A DNA stretch of 63,920 nt from a virus. The translations under genes and the position numbers were made by a program. The notes under the pieces are model-generated. The model was not told where the DNA came from. It made no database searches and was given only the letters and a program-made list of their open reading frames with translations. The stretch spans positions 1 to 63,920 of the IMG/VR virus record IMGVR_UViG_3300010222_000003; one strand, given 5' to 3'. Shown here in pieces: positions 26,085 to 35,842 of the stretch. The first letter of the stretch is position 1. Every line of letters starts with the position of its first letter.

Positions 26085-26160
26085 AGTTTCTATAGGAGGG
26101 GTTTTTGCTGATCATAACGGTTCTGTCGTACTACCCGAACTTAAACCTTAGCGTTCCTCG

Positions 26161-26181
26161 GTGCGCTGCGAAGCAGCGCAC
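26161..26181 (-). terminator. T1 hairpin copy (GTGCGCTGC-GAA-GCAGCGCAC)
   Basis: Perfect 9-bp stem just after the stop of CDS 26184-26771. Confidence 0.6.
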
Positions 26182-26183
26182 TT

Positions 26184-26771
26184 CTATTTTGCTAACGCGG
26201 TTGCCAATGCAATCAGGCACTTGTTTCGCCCGTTCCCTTCGTAGGTGGTAAGTAAGTGGTGGAACGGGGAAACGCCGTACTCTGGCGGGTTATCATGCCA
26301 TACGACTGTCGGTGTGTTCGGTTCGGGGCTGTCTCCGGTGTTCGGTTCGTATGCGTTCGGTTCTTCGGTGTCTAAGGCGGTTTCTAAGCGCGCTATGTAG
26401 CCGAACGCTGCGGCGACTTCGTAGCCGGTTCCTGGCGACGCTATGCCGTTGTTACGAACCAGCAGCGCGTCGGCTTTGCGCACCGAGGCTAACGACTGAC
26501 TGACAATTTTGTGTGCGTTGTTTCTGATTGCTTCCGGGTTGCCTTGGTCTACTTTTCCGGTGCCTAATTCCTCCGGGTCCGTTTCTACTGGGTCATCGAA
26601 TTGGAAGAGGTGTCCGACGGCTTCGCGAACTTCTAAGCGCCAGGTTTCCCCATCATCATGCGCTCCGAAGATGGGGCCGGCTAAGTACACCCGTCCTAAC
26701 GTTTGGTCCGGGTCCTCTGGGTCTACACCGGCTACCTCCGAAATCATTTCTATGGTGTCAATTGCGTTCAT
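26184..26771 (-). CDS. Nucleoside 2-deoxyribosyltransferase-like protein
   Basis: VYLAGPIFG motif near the N-terminus and SPGTGYEVAAAFGY later. Confidence 0.7.
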   Translation of the reverse strand: MNAIDTIEMISEVAGVDPEDPDQTLGRVYLAGPIFGAHDDGETWRLEVREAVGHLFQFDDPVETDPEELGTGKVDQGNPEAIRNNAHKIVSQSLASVRKADALLVRNNGIASPGTGYEVAAAFGYIARLETALDTEEPNAYEPNTGDSPEPNTPTVVWHDNPPEYGVSPFHHLLTTYEGNGRNKCLIALATALAK

Positions 26772-27337
26772 TGTGATGCTTCCTCCGAAGTTTTCTTTCT
26801 GTCTTCGTACGCTTTTTGTGCGGCGGCGATTCGGGTTTCCGGAGTGTCGAAGTTCGCGCTCAGGTTGTTAAGCCGTAACGATTCGGCGTAGCCTTTAACC
26901 CATCCGTTTTTGTAGATTTCTGCGGGGCTGTCTTCTGCCCCGTCTTCGTTTCTGTCCCCGCCGGGGGCCTGCGTGAACGAAACGGGACCGAAACCTTCTG
27001 CTGTCGCCCCTGCTGCGATTGCTGCATACCCCGCCGTGTCAATGAAATGGTCGCGAACTGGTTTGCCGATTTTTGCCCGGGACTGTTTCGCCTGGGTCAT
27101 CATCATGGCGACATCGGCGGCGGTAATGGTAGCTCCGAGGAATGCGGACCAAAGCCCTGCAACGTGTTCGTGGTTTGATAAAGCTTCGCCGTGCATTCCG
27201 GATTTCTGTAATGTGTCTTGTGCTTCGCTCAGAACTTCTACGGCTTCGCTTTCGGCGTCTGATAGTTCTTCGCGTGCGTGTTCCTCGGTATGGTCATCCG
27301 AGGCTTCGTATGGCGACGATGGGTGTGCCATACGCAC
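26768..27337 (-). CDS. Hypothetical protein (phage-type domain often found next to nucleotide-metabolism genes; from memory only)
   Basis: 189 aa. HVAGLWSAFLG..ITAADVAMMMTQAKQSRAK...DTAGYAAIAA pattern. ATGA coupling to the next gene. Confidence 0.55.
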   Translation of the reverse strand: MRMAHPSSPYEASDDHTEEHAREELSDAESEAVEVLSEAQDTLQKSGMHGEALSNHEHVAGLWSAFLGATITAADVAMMMTQAKQSRAKIGKPVRDHFIDTAGYAAIAAGATAEGFGPVSFTQAPGGDRNEDGAEDSPAEIYKNGWVKGYAESLRLNNLSANFDTPETRIAAAQKAYEDRKKTSEEASQ

Positions 27338-27372
27338 AGGACGCGCGCGCGGTGGAAAAGGCTTGTGTGTCG

Positions 27373-27876
27373 TTATTCGTCGCTTTTCTGTTTGTAGGCT
27401 TCGTTTCCGGCCCGTGACGCTTGTTTAACTGCGGATCGAATCGGCAGGGGAATGATCTTGTCCCGGATTCCCATTTTATTGCGGTCGATTGCTATACTGG
27501 TTACGAAGCCGAGTGCCGACGTGAAAATCAGTAGTAAAAGCGCGCCGGAGCTAATCAGAATAACGCTTAGCGCTCGGGACGGGACATAGGTAGCACCCCC
27601 GAGTAGCAGCGTTCCGAGCCCAACCAGCAGCAGGCTTCCGGAAGCAAAGAAAGTCGTTAGTGCTTCTTCTTCGCGGCGATCAGCTAAGAAGAGAATGTAT
27701 CCTACCCATGCGAAACTGTTTGCGGTGGTTGTGATTCCGGCGTCGGTAGGCGACGCGATTCCGAGCGCTACGGTACTGACTGCGGCGACTGTAAGGAAGA
27801 CGCTAAAGCCTGCTAATGCGTTTCCGTAGTCTTTCCCGGTTGCTTCGACCCGTTCGTACCGTATCATTTTACGCAT
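27373..27876 (-). CDS. Membrane protein, hypothetical
   Basis: 167 aa with about four hydrophobic helices. Confidence 0.6.
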   Translation of the reverse strand: MRKMIRYERVEATGKDYGNALAGFSVFLTVAAVSTVALGIASPTDAGITTTANSFAWVGYILFLADRREEEALTTFFASGSLLLVGLGTLLLGGATYVPSRALSVILISSGALLLLIFTSALGFVTSIAIDRNKMGIRDKIIPLPIRSAVKQASRAGNEAYKQKSDE

Positions 27877-27931
27877 AGTGTTCGTGTCCCGCTGTCTTTG
27901 GCTTTAGTTCAAACTGGATCGTTGTGGCTGT

Positions 27932-28213
27932 TTAGTTTTTATCACTTGACCCTGCTTGGTCCGTGCTTTCATTTGCGGTTTGATTTCCGGTGTTGCTGTT
28001 ACCCTCGGGGTTAAGGAGTGACCCGTCCCCTTTTGCGGTCCTGTAGCCGAGTCTGACGGTTTCGGAGGTAAGCAGGCCGCCGGCTAAGAGCAAAAATTCG
28101 CGCGCGACTTCGGCAGGATACACCCCGAATCCGAACGAAGAGGCCACGGCTAAAGACATGAATACAGCTACGATGGAAATCCCGATATGCCTATTCGTTA
28201 TAACGACCGCCAT
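27932..28213 (-). CDS. Membrane protein, hypothetical
   Basis: 93 aa with two hydrophobic helices. Confidence 0.55.
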   Translation of the reverse strand: MAVVITNRHIGISIVAVFMSLAVASSFGFGVYPAEVAREFLLLAGGLLTSETVRLGYRTAKGDGSLLNPEGNSNTGNQTANESTDQAGSSDKN

Positions 28214-28238
28214 TACTACAGCTACAGATTAGCAGGTC

Positions 28239-29072
28239 TTACTTGTCAATTTCAATGTAGTCAATTTCTACGACATCGTACTCTTCAACTGAAAACGACC
28301 AACCGAAGTAGTCGTCGGTAATGTCTTCGGGGGGTTGGTCATCGTTTCTCGTATCCAGGTTGACGCCGTTGCTGTCGTCAAAAGTCCAATGCCCATCGGC
28401 TCTTTGCCGCACATGTGCGTCTATCGTTTCTCCTTCCGTTATATTGGCGCTTGTGTCCCTGTCGTTCCGGTTGAATCCGGCGTTCGGTTCTTTTTGCCCG
28501 ATGAACACTTCGTCTTGGTCTAAGATGTATTCGAAGGTGTTTTTCCACCCGTCGTAGTCCCGATATTCGGCGTTCCAGTGGAACGAAAACTCGTCTTCGT
28601 TTCCATTATCGTAGATACGGAACCGGATGTAAATATCGAAGGGTGGGGACGGACAGTATTCGTCTAACCCATCACCGGGAATGGACCCGTGACTGTGGCG
28701 TGTTGGGCTTCCGCTTTGCGTTTCGCCGATTAGCCGGTAGACGCGCCCGTTCGAAGCCCAACTGCGTTCTTTGACCTGCCAGGGGTATGGTCCCCCTGTC
28801 ACGTCCCAAGGAGGTGGCGGTTCACTAACCGTGTACCCGCTGAAATCGTCTACAAGCCGCTGTAGGTCGTCTACGACGCCGTATTCAGCGCCGTTTGCCA
28901 GTTTTGCCCGTAGGTCCGTGTCCGCTGCTGAGGGGTCCGAATCCAGGGCTATGCCGCCTAAGGCCGTGTCGCCCGTGCGGTCAACTACCAGGTGTTCGCC
29001 GTCTAAGTCGTTCGGGTCGTAGACGTTTATTTCGCGACCGCCGGCTACGATTTCGTCTATTGGTTGTGGCAT
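28239..29072 (-). CDS. Hypothetical tail-module protein
   Basis: 277 aa, the last gene of the tail-module run. No motif recognised. Confidence 0.55.
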   Translation of the reverse strand: MPQPIDEIVAGGREINVYDPNDLDGEHLVVDRTGDTALGGIALDSDPSAADTDLRAKLANGAEYGVVDDLQRLVDDFSGYTVSEPPPPWDVTGGPYPWQVKERSWASNGRVYRLIGETQSGSPTRHSHGSIPGDGLDEYCPSPPFDIYIRFRIYDNGNEDEFSFHWNAEYRDYDGWKNTFEYILDQDEVFIGQKEPNAGFNRNDRDTSANITEGETIDAHVRQRADGHWTFDDSNGVNLDTRNDDQPPEDITDDYFGWSFSVEEYDVVEIDYIEIDK

Positions 29073-29084
29073 GGCGTACGCACC

Positions 29085-30152
29085 TTAGTTCTTGAAGTAA
29101 ATCGCGGCTTGGTCGTTCGGAATGTTGCTATCAGACGGATCGGTTGAACGAACGGGGATCGTTTGCATCCGTTCACCGTTGATGTATAGGTCTCCGTTAT
29201 CGTCTAATGTCCGGGTTTGCCAGGACAGTTCGGCGTCGGCGTTGCTCTTCGGTGATGCTACCGCCCGGACTACACCTCCGCCCGATACACCGGATGGGTT
29301 GCGGTTGCTCAGGCCTAACATCGTTGCTTCTTCGTTTGCTACGATACAGCGCCACACGCCGTTGCTGCCGTCATAGTACGCGTTCCACGTAAGCGCCACT
29401 CTGCCGTTGCCGCCCTGCTGAGTGTGTAGGAAGTCGCTGGTCCCACTGGCTACCCGGAGCTTTTCGCCGCTTCCTTCGCCTGGTACTCCGTTTGAACCGC
29501 CGCCGGGTGTAAAGAGATATACCCCGGTTAAGGTGTCGTCTTCGTCCGATCGGACGAACTGATCAGGCTGTAGGCCTCGGAGGAATTGGGCTTTGTTCGC
29601 TTCGTCTACGGGTTGGCTTTCGGGGCCTTCGTAGCGCGCGTTTCGTAAGTCGAGCGTCGGTTTCGTGTTTCGCTGATTCGTGACGTTTGTAATCGAAGAC
29701 GAATCTGTGTTAACATCGAATAAGGACACGCGTGGCGCGTGAACGGAGCTAAGATTAATTTTTTCATCAATGTCTATGATGATCCGGTCGGTCCGGGTTC
29801 GATCAACCGCCAGATACACCGTTTCGTTGCTCCGGTTTTCGGGGATTGTAGCGTCGTGAACGTTGTTACCAGTTACCGAGTCCGTAACTGTCGTGTCGTC
29901 CGATGCAACATAGTGACCGCCGAACGTTGCTTCCCCGGTATCGACTGTTAGTGTGCGCCCGTTCCGGTTGGCTTCGGCGAAGCCTTGTAGCGGATCGCCG
30001 CTTAGTTCGGCGTCGGCAGACACCAGCAGGTCCGTTCCGGCAGGCACAATGTAGGACGCTGCTGAATTGGCGATTGCTTCGGCTAAGCGCAGGCTGTCAA
30101 TATCTCGTCGCTGGTTCGGATCTCCGTGGGTTGGCTCAGTTCTTACAACCAT
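29085..30152 (-). CDS. Tail fibre protein (putative)
   Basis: 355 aa. The ANKAQFLRGLQPDQFVRSDEDDTLTG segment resembles a motif common in tail fibres. Gly/Ser/Asn-rich C-terminus. Confidence 0.55.
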   Translation of the reverse strand: MVVRTEPTHGDPNQRRDIDSLRLAEAIANSAASYIVPAGTDLLVSADAELSGDPLQGFAEANRNGRTLTVDTGEATFGGHYVASDDTTVTDSVTGNNVHDATIPENRSNETVYLAVDRTRTDRIIIDIDEKINLSSVHAPRVSLFDVNTDSSSITNVTNQRNTKPTLDLRNARYEGPESQPVDEANKAQFLRGLQPDQFVRSDEDDTLTGVYLFTPGGGSNGVPGEGSGEKLRVASGTSDFLHTQQGGNGRVALTWNAYYDGSNGVWRCIVANEEATMLGLSNRNPSGVSGGGVVRAVASPKSNADAELSWQTRTLDDNGDLYINGERMQTIPVRSTDPSDSNIPNDQAAIYFKN

Positions 30153-30264
30153 GGATTACCACTGGCAAAAACGCTCATATGATTTTTTGAGTGCTAACAG
30201 TTTATGAAAGTGACTAACCAATTTTAATCGCAATGTTTATCTTTGAGTGTGTGCAAATTGGGGC

Positions 30265-30942
30265 ATGAAAGACGAATACAAAGACGCGCGCGTGTTGCAC
30301 TACTTAATTGTTAAGAAAGGGTTTTCGCAGCAGAAGGCTTCTGATATAATTGGGTGTTCGCGTGGAAACGTTAGATATTGGAAAAACAAGTTAGGAATCG
30401 AAAAGCGGAAAGATTACGCTGATCCCCGCGTGCTTCAATATCTAATTCGCGATTGTGATATGAGCGCACAGAAAGCTTCTGAAATAATAGGGTGTGATCA
30501 GGCTACGGTTTGGAATTATGCGCAAGAATTTGGCATAGAACGCCGCGAAATGTGGCGCGACCCCCGCGTTTTACATCACCTGTATGTTCGCCGCGGGTTT
30601 TCTATGACAGAATGCGCTGATATTTTGGAAACCTCATACGGTAATGTGCAAAAAGGGATGTATGAATGCGATATTGAACCGAGAAAAAGGCCTCGGGACT
30701 TACTGCCAGTTTTGCACATGGATAATGGTTATGAGGTTTTTTACCAGGATTATAGTATAATCCAGCATCATCGTCTTCATTTCTATGCTGTTAACCAAGA
30801 TATTGATCTTGAAGAAATGAATGACAAAGAGGTTCATCACAAAAACGGAATAAGATACGACAATCGATCTGAAAACTATGAACTGTTAACTAAGGCAGAA
30901 CATAGTTCAAAACACACTCATTCTACTAAGGAAAAAGTTTAA
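30265..30942 (+). CDS. Free-standing HNH homing endonuclease with three tandem HTH repeats
   Basis: Three ~40-aa repeats (D[AP]RVL[HQ][YH]L... IIGC...) and a C-terminal EVHHKNGIRYDNRSENYELLTKAEHSSKH. Visibly AT-rich, opposite strand to its neighbours. A TTTATC box lies about 27 nt upstream. Confidence 0.85.
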   Translation: MKDEYKDARVLHYLIVKKGFSQQKASDIIGCSRGNVRYWKNKLGIEKRKDYADPRVLQYLIRDCDMSAQKASEIIGCDQATVWNYAQEFGIERREMWRDPRVLHHLYVRRGFSMTECADILETSYGNVQKGMYECDIEPRKRPRDLLPVLHMDNGYEVFYQDYSIIQHHRLHFYAVNQDIDLEEMNDKEVHHKNGIRYDNRSENYELLTKAEHSSKHTHSTKEKV

Positions 30943-31490
30943 TTCCCTATACTGAGGGAAACGTTAATTATTAAGACATAATCGGAAGTTTTGTTCTGGA
31001 TGGGTTCGGATAGCGTTGTGTAGTTGAACACTTCGTTGTTACTCGAATACGCTACCATTTCGGTTAAATCAGGAATGGTAGAATCCGGGTTCGGTTCGGG
31101 GTTTAGCTCGTATTCGTCCGCCAGTTCGGACATCCGAAAGACAGCGCCGTCGTTTTCGGGGTCCGTGATAGTGATTCGTCCGACCGGTTCACTACACCCG
31201 GTTTCGTCGGGCGCTGATCCGGTGCCAAATTCCAATTCACTGTAATCATCCAGTTTGGCCCGGGTGTTATTGAAGTTTAGAAGCGCAGCGACGTGTTCGT
31301 GAAGCGCGCTTCCGGTTGTGTTTGACTCATGCACCTCTTGGGTTGCCGGAAGCTGCTGGTAGTAACCCCGCTTGTATTGGTGCGGCAGGTTCCGAAGCCG
31401 GGTTTCAGCAGGTATCCGTTTGATTGCAATATTTTCGCCGATAGAAAGTTTCGGGGTGAAATGGGTTCCCATGTGTCCGGGTCCGGTCAT
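30939..31490 (-). CDS. Hypothetical tail/baseplate protein
   Basis: 183 aa, called by position in the tail module. Confidence 0.5.
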   Translation of the reverse strand: MTGPGHMGTHFTPKLSIGENIAIKRIPAETRLRNLPHQYKRGYYQQLPATQEVHESNTTGSALHEHVAALLNFNNTRAKLDDYSELEFGTGSAPDETGCSEPVGRITITDPENDGAVFRMSELADEYELNPEPNPDSTIPDLTEMVAYSSNNEVFNYTTLSEPIQNKTSDYVLIINVSLSIGN

Positions 31491-31552
31491 AAGAGTACTT
31501 TGTAGCGGCTTGTGATTAAACTTTTGCGGCGTTTGGTCTAATTTCTTCGAAA

Positions 31553-32377
31553 TTAGACTGTGACGAAGCGGTCGTAAAACCCGCCGCCTTCGTCATAGAC
31601 GTTTAGATCAGTGCCGCCTGTTACAGGGTTATTGTGTGTTCCGTGTAAATATGTAACGTGGGTCCGGTCGTTCGTTCGGGGCATGATGCGTTGTAGTGAC
31701 GCGATTAGTTCTTCTTCCAGGTGATGCATTTCTACAATGTACCACCCGTTTTCCAGGTCGCGGGTCGCTGAGTCCAAGGTCGTGTTTGCGTTTCCGACCT
31801 GGTAGCCAATTGCGAAGTTAGGGCTTAGCCGGAACCAGTAGTAGTTATCCCCATCTACAAAACCGGCCCCAAAGTATCGGTTGCGGTCGGACCCGTTGTA
31901 CCGAAACAGGTACGTGATTTTGCGTCCGAATCCGCCGAGTCCTCCGTTGCTGGTAGCGAAGTGACCTCCGGAGGTTTTTTCGACCGCGTTTCCGGTGCCG
32001 AACCCCTGGTTCTCGGCGATCGATGCCCCGGACGTGTCCCTGTAATCGAACCCTCCGGAATTTCCGAGCGCTGAGCGTTCGAACTGATCGACTCGGCTAC
32101 TGGCCGAACTGTAGCTACCGAAGTCATATCCGATAGCATAGTCTCCGTTCGAATCGCTCCTATGTAGGCCGTACTCGGCTATGCGGTCGTCTACACTTGT
32201 CGAGCTTGTGCTGTCCGAAAAGGTTAGTGTTGCTAACGATATGTTGGGGAACTTCTTTGAGCTTTTCGTTTCCTGCCGGTTCTGTTTTAGTTCGTCTATT
32301 TTGCGCCTATGATCGCTGATAGTCGAAAACAGGCGGCGGTAGAAGCGTTGTTCACTCCGTTCTTTGTCGATAGGCAT
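31553..32377 (-). CDS. Hypothetical tail/baseplate protein
   Basis: 274 aa. Its start overlaps the upstream stop (TAATG at 32375-32379). Confidence 0.55.
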   Translation of the reverse strand: MPIDKERSEQRFYRRLFSTISDHRRKIDELKQNRQETKSSKKFPNISLATLTFSDSTSSTSVDDRIAEYGLHRSDSNGDYAIGYDFGSYSSASSRVDQFERSALGNSGGFDYRDTSGASIAENQGFGTGNAVEKTSGGHFATSNGGLGGFGRKITYLFRYNGSDRNRYFGAGFVDGDNYYWFRLSPNFAIGYQVGNANTTLDSATRDLENGWYIVEMHHLEEELIASLQRIMPRTNDRTHVTYLHGTHNNPVTGGTDLNVYDEGGGFYDRFVTV

Positions 32378-33921
32378 TAGTGTAGGTCAACCCCTTCGAA
32401 CGTTGCTTCGGTTTTCATCTTGAAACCGTCGATCGTATAATTCAGGCCCGACACAACGTACTGCCCTTGGACCATTATGTCTTCGTAGCCTTTGATAGTG
32501 ACTTTATCTCCTATATCCAGGTCGTTTGCCCGTGCTGAATCCAGTAGTTCGGGTTCGAAGCGTTGTGTTGGGTACGCAGAACGGGACAGCTTTGCTTCGG
32601 CAACACTCCGCACGGCTTCGCCGGTTGCCAGTGCGTCGTTCTGTATCCGTCCGTCTATTTGCCCATACTTGTCTACGCTGTCGTCTATGTCCTTTTCGAC
32701 GCCTACGGGTTTTGGGAAATGGGCTTTGAACGCGGGGGCTATCACGTTTCCATCCGCGTCTGTTTGCACCCCCACGTCATACCCTGCCGGCCCGTCTTTG
32801 GAATCGATGATCATCCAGATTTCCCGGTCCGGAATGTTGTGTTGACCCATCAGGAAGCCGGTAAACCCGTCGGTTTCGTAGGCTACCTTTTGCTCTGCTG
32901 AGTTTATAATATCAGCATCATCGTCCGTGGGATCTTTTGGTGCTGAATCCTGCTTGTCGGCGATTTGAATGCGGACACGCACGCCGTTATCTACTTCGTC
33001 TCCGCTGCCGTCGGGCGCGTACGTGTAGATTTCGAACCTCGAAATCTCTGACTTCGTAGTTTCCAAAGGTGTTTCTAACCGGTTTGTCGGACTGACGGTT
33101 ACGTAATCATCAACCTGGGTTTGTTCGTCGGTGATGTTTTCCCGGTCGTCTATGCCGCCGACTACGCGGATGTTGTTAACCATGCCGCGTTCGGAAGTCT
33201 CTGATACTGGTTCCCCCGCGAAGTCGTCGGGGGTCATCGGTGTGTCGAAGCGATCTACCAGTTCATCCAGCACTACGAAGCGAAGCGCTGAGTTTTCGCC
33301 GTAGAAGATTATCGGTCCGTAATATTGGGCAGTAATATCGGCTATTTCTCCGACGACCTTGTTTAGCTTTTTGCCTTGTGCGAAGTAGTCGATTTCTTGG
33401 GGCAAATCCGGAAGCTTCGACCGGTCGATTTCCGGGGCATGGTCGCGAAGGACCTGGTTCAACACCCCGCCCGGAGACCCGCTAATCGGCCGCCTGGTTT
33501 CCGTGAAGTCTACGTCCCGATCAGACATGACGCCCGTAACATAGTCTACCAGCCGGATTTCTACCTCTTCGGGACTTCCCCCCTGGCGGTTCCGAGTGGC
33601 GGTTGTTACCATGTAGTCGGTCGTTTCGACTGTCCCGCCGAAGGTCTCCGTACCAAAGGGTCCGACGCCGAATTTGGTGTTGGCTTCCGAAGTTTGTAAC
33701 AGTAGCGTCACTTTGTCTTTAATGTGAATCGGTTTCGACCCGCTGGTAAAGCGCCCGTCTTGGTTATCCAAGGTCATACTGCCGGAACTGCGGGCGCTTC
33801 CGGCCTTTTCTTTCATTGACGCCGCTAAGATGTTCGTCCCGTCTACCTCGAAATCGATGCCGCTGTCTGTACGCTGCTTGTCTACCTGTAGCGTCGTAGC
33901 ATCGTCTTTCAGAAACCGCAT
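32377..33921 (-). CDS. Baseplate/tail hub-like protein (putative)
   Basis: 514 aa. The N-terminal pattern (...MTLDNQDGRFTSGSKPIHIKDKVTLLL) recalls gpD/Dit-like tail proteins. Low certainty. Confidence 0.5.
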   Translation of the reverse strand: MRFLKDDATTLQVDKQRTDSGIDFEVDGTNILAASMKEKAGSARSSGSMTLDNQDGRFTSGSKPIHIKDKVTLLLQTSEANTKFGVGPFGTETFGGTVETTDYMVTTATRNRQGGSPEEVEIRLVDYVTGVMSDRDVDFTETRRPISGSPGGVLNQVLRDHAPEIDRSKLPDLPQEIDYFAQGKKLNKVVGEIADITAQYYGPIIFYGENSALRFVVLDELVDRFDTPMTPDDFAGEPVSETSERGMVNNIRVVGGIDDRENITDEQTQVDDYVTVSPTNRLETPLETTKSEISRFEIYTYAPDGSGDEVDNGVRVRIQIADKQDSAPKDPTDDDADIINSAEQKVAYETDGFTGFLMGQHNIPDREIWMIIDSKDGPAGYDVGVQTDADGNVIAPAFKAHFPKPVGVEKDIDDSVDKYGQIDGRIQNDALATGEAVRSVAEAKLSRSAYPTQRFEPELLDSARANDLDIGDKVTIKGYEDIMVQGQYVVSGLNYTIDGFKMKTEATFEGVDLH

Positions 33922-33929
33922 AGGAAATC

Positions 33930-35534
33930 TTAGTTAAAGAAGTCGTCGTTTTCCAAGAAAGCAATTAGGTCGTCGCGGAACTGTAGCCGAATTTCCCGTT
34001 CTTCTTCTTCTGCGCTCCGTTCGGGGTCCGTCGGCTCAGGGGTTGGCTCCGGTTCCGGACTCGGCTCAGGTTCATCCGAACCGAAATCGGGCAGGTCGTT
34101 CGGATCAACTGCCTGGCTTCCGACTTTTAGATCCAGGCCTTCGCCAACTTCAACGCCGGCAATGCCCCCCTTAGCATAGAACGTGTCTGTGCTACTGGTT
34201 CCGCCTGAAACTTCGCCGTTTTCGGGCGATTCTCGGGACACTTCGCCGGAAGCCAGTTCTCCGTTCGCGGCTAACCAATACGTGTTATCAGCGTCTTTGT
34301 CGTTCCGAATGAACTGGATTCGAGCCCATACGTCAGTTGGATTTTGCGGCGCTCCGACGTGTTCCGGGCCAGCACCGCCGAACGCGTTATCACGGTTTAC
34401 CCAGTATACCTTGTCGAAACCTTTGATTCCGTCCGTGTTGTCCGGAATGTAGGTCGGTTCTCCGTTCGGCTTCGTGTCCGGTAGGTCCGAGTCCCGGTAT
34501 TCGGACTCGTTAATATCGCCGCGTTCGTTTTCTGCCCAGGTGTACCTATCTTCAAGCCCCTGATTGGTTTGTACAATCGTGACGCGTGGGTCGCTATCAG
34601 TCGTATCGTTCGACGTTTCGGGCGGTTCCGCGCCCGCGTAGTCGAACGCTACGGCGTAGACTTCATGCCTGTCTAAGGGCGTTCCGCGGAAATTGAAGTC
34701 TTCGTCCGCAGGGCGATCCCCATCCGGCAGGTTCCGCGGAACGGGGTTTCTCGGCGGTCCTTCGACTGTCAAATGGTGCCACACGGTTTTCTTCGCCCCT
34801 TCCCGATGCACGTCTAACCGATGCCCAAACGGAGCGTTCGGCCCGATCCGACTGTAGGCGATTTCCGTACAGGCGGTCCTACCGCCGTGTTCAATGTGGT
34901 GTCGGCAGTTATCGGTGTAGTTGCCGATTGCAATGCTCCGGTTTTCCCATGAGTCATCAGACGTGCTAAACGCGATTCCGTAGCCCAAATGGTCAAACGC
35001 CGCGTTCACAGTGCGGGAATTTAGGACCCTCTGGCGCGGCGCTCTTCCCATGAAGTTCCCATAGGTAAACCCGTCTACCATGCACTCGTAGAACGTGTTT
35101 CCTTCGCCGTGGCTCATGAAGCCGCCGAGAATCCAGCTTTCCCATTCCTCTTCGTTATCGTTGTTAGTCGTTCGGTCGTCGCCCCAAGTGCCGTCAGATA
35201 GCGGTCCAAGGGCGTTGATTCCGACGATGACCTGATTCCCACCGGTAAAATCGAATTGCCAGGTAGCCCATCCGTATTCGGCCTTGGTGGTTTGTTCTAC
35301 AGTGCCGCCGTTGCTAATGAAATCGCATGTGATTTCGTATTCGCGCGTTTTCAGTTGTACCCGGGCATCGGGGTGTAAATAGATCCGGTCGTCTTCGTCA
35401 TGGTTTTCTTCCGCGTAGGCCAGGTCGGACTCGTCTTCGACTACATAGTCGGCTTTCTGGCGGTCAAAATGGGGTTCTACGACTTCGTTGTTAGGAAAAA
35501 GGGGTTCAAGAGCGCTCGGAGCAACTTTCGTCAT
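33930..35534 (-). CDS. Tail protein with C-terminal Pro/Glu linker
   Basis: 534 aa with a PEPSPEPEPTPEPTDPE linker near the C-terminus. Confidence 0.55.
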   Translation of the reverse strand: MTKVAPSALEPLFPNNEVVEPHFDRQKADYVVEDESDLAYAEENHDEDDRIYLHPDARVQLKTREYEITCDFISNGGTVEQTTKAEYGWATWQFDFTGGNQVIVGINALGPLSDGTWGDDRTTNNDNEEEWESWILGGFMSHGEGNTFYECMVDGFTYGNFMGRAPRQRVLNSRTVNAAFDHLGYGIAFSTSDDSWENRSIAIGNYTDNCRHHIEHGGRTACTEIAYSRIGPNAPFGHRLDVHREGAKKTVWHHLTVEGPPRNPVPRNLPDGDRPADEDFNFRGTPLDRHEVYAVAFDYAGAEPPETSNDTTDSDPRVTIVQTNQGLEDRYTWAENERGDINESEYRDSDLPDTKPNGEPTYIPDNTDGIKGFDKVYWVNRDNAFGGAGPEHVGAPQNPTDVWARIQFIRNDKDADNTYWLAANGELASGEVSRESPENGEVSGGTSSTDTFYAKGGIAGVEVGEGLDLKVGSQAVDPNDLPDFGSDEPEPSPEPEPTPEPTDPERSAEEEEREIRLQFRDDLIAFLENDDFFN

Positions 35535-35598
35535 AGGACTTAGTGTGTAGGTTCACGCCTTTAATCTCGGTGCGCTCCGTGTGCTGCTTCGCCGCGCA

Positions 35599-35838
35599 CT
35601 ATACGCGTTCAATGCGGTCAAACGCCGCGTCAACCAGAATAGAAAAGGCGTAGTCAGTGCGGCCGACTTTGTTTTCCTGCGCTTGTGTATACATGACATC
35701 TAACACCGCGTCGGGATAATCGCCTTCCCAAGTCCATCCAGTGCCTTTGCGCACTGCTGTCGGTTCATCCGCACTCGGGTCTTGTGTCTGATCCCACAGT
35801 TGCAAACCGTCGGCAGTGATAGTCCAATACCAAGTCAT
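35599..35838 (-). CDS. Small hypothetical tail-module protein
   Basis: Start moved to MTWYWTITADG, just after the upstream stop at 35843. Confidence 0.5.
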   Translation of the reverse strand: MTWYWTITADGLQLWDQTQDPSADEPTAVRKGTGWTWEGDYPDAVLDVMYTQAQENKVGRTDYAFSILVDAAFDRIERV

Positions 35839-35842
35839 GTAA

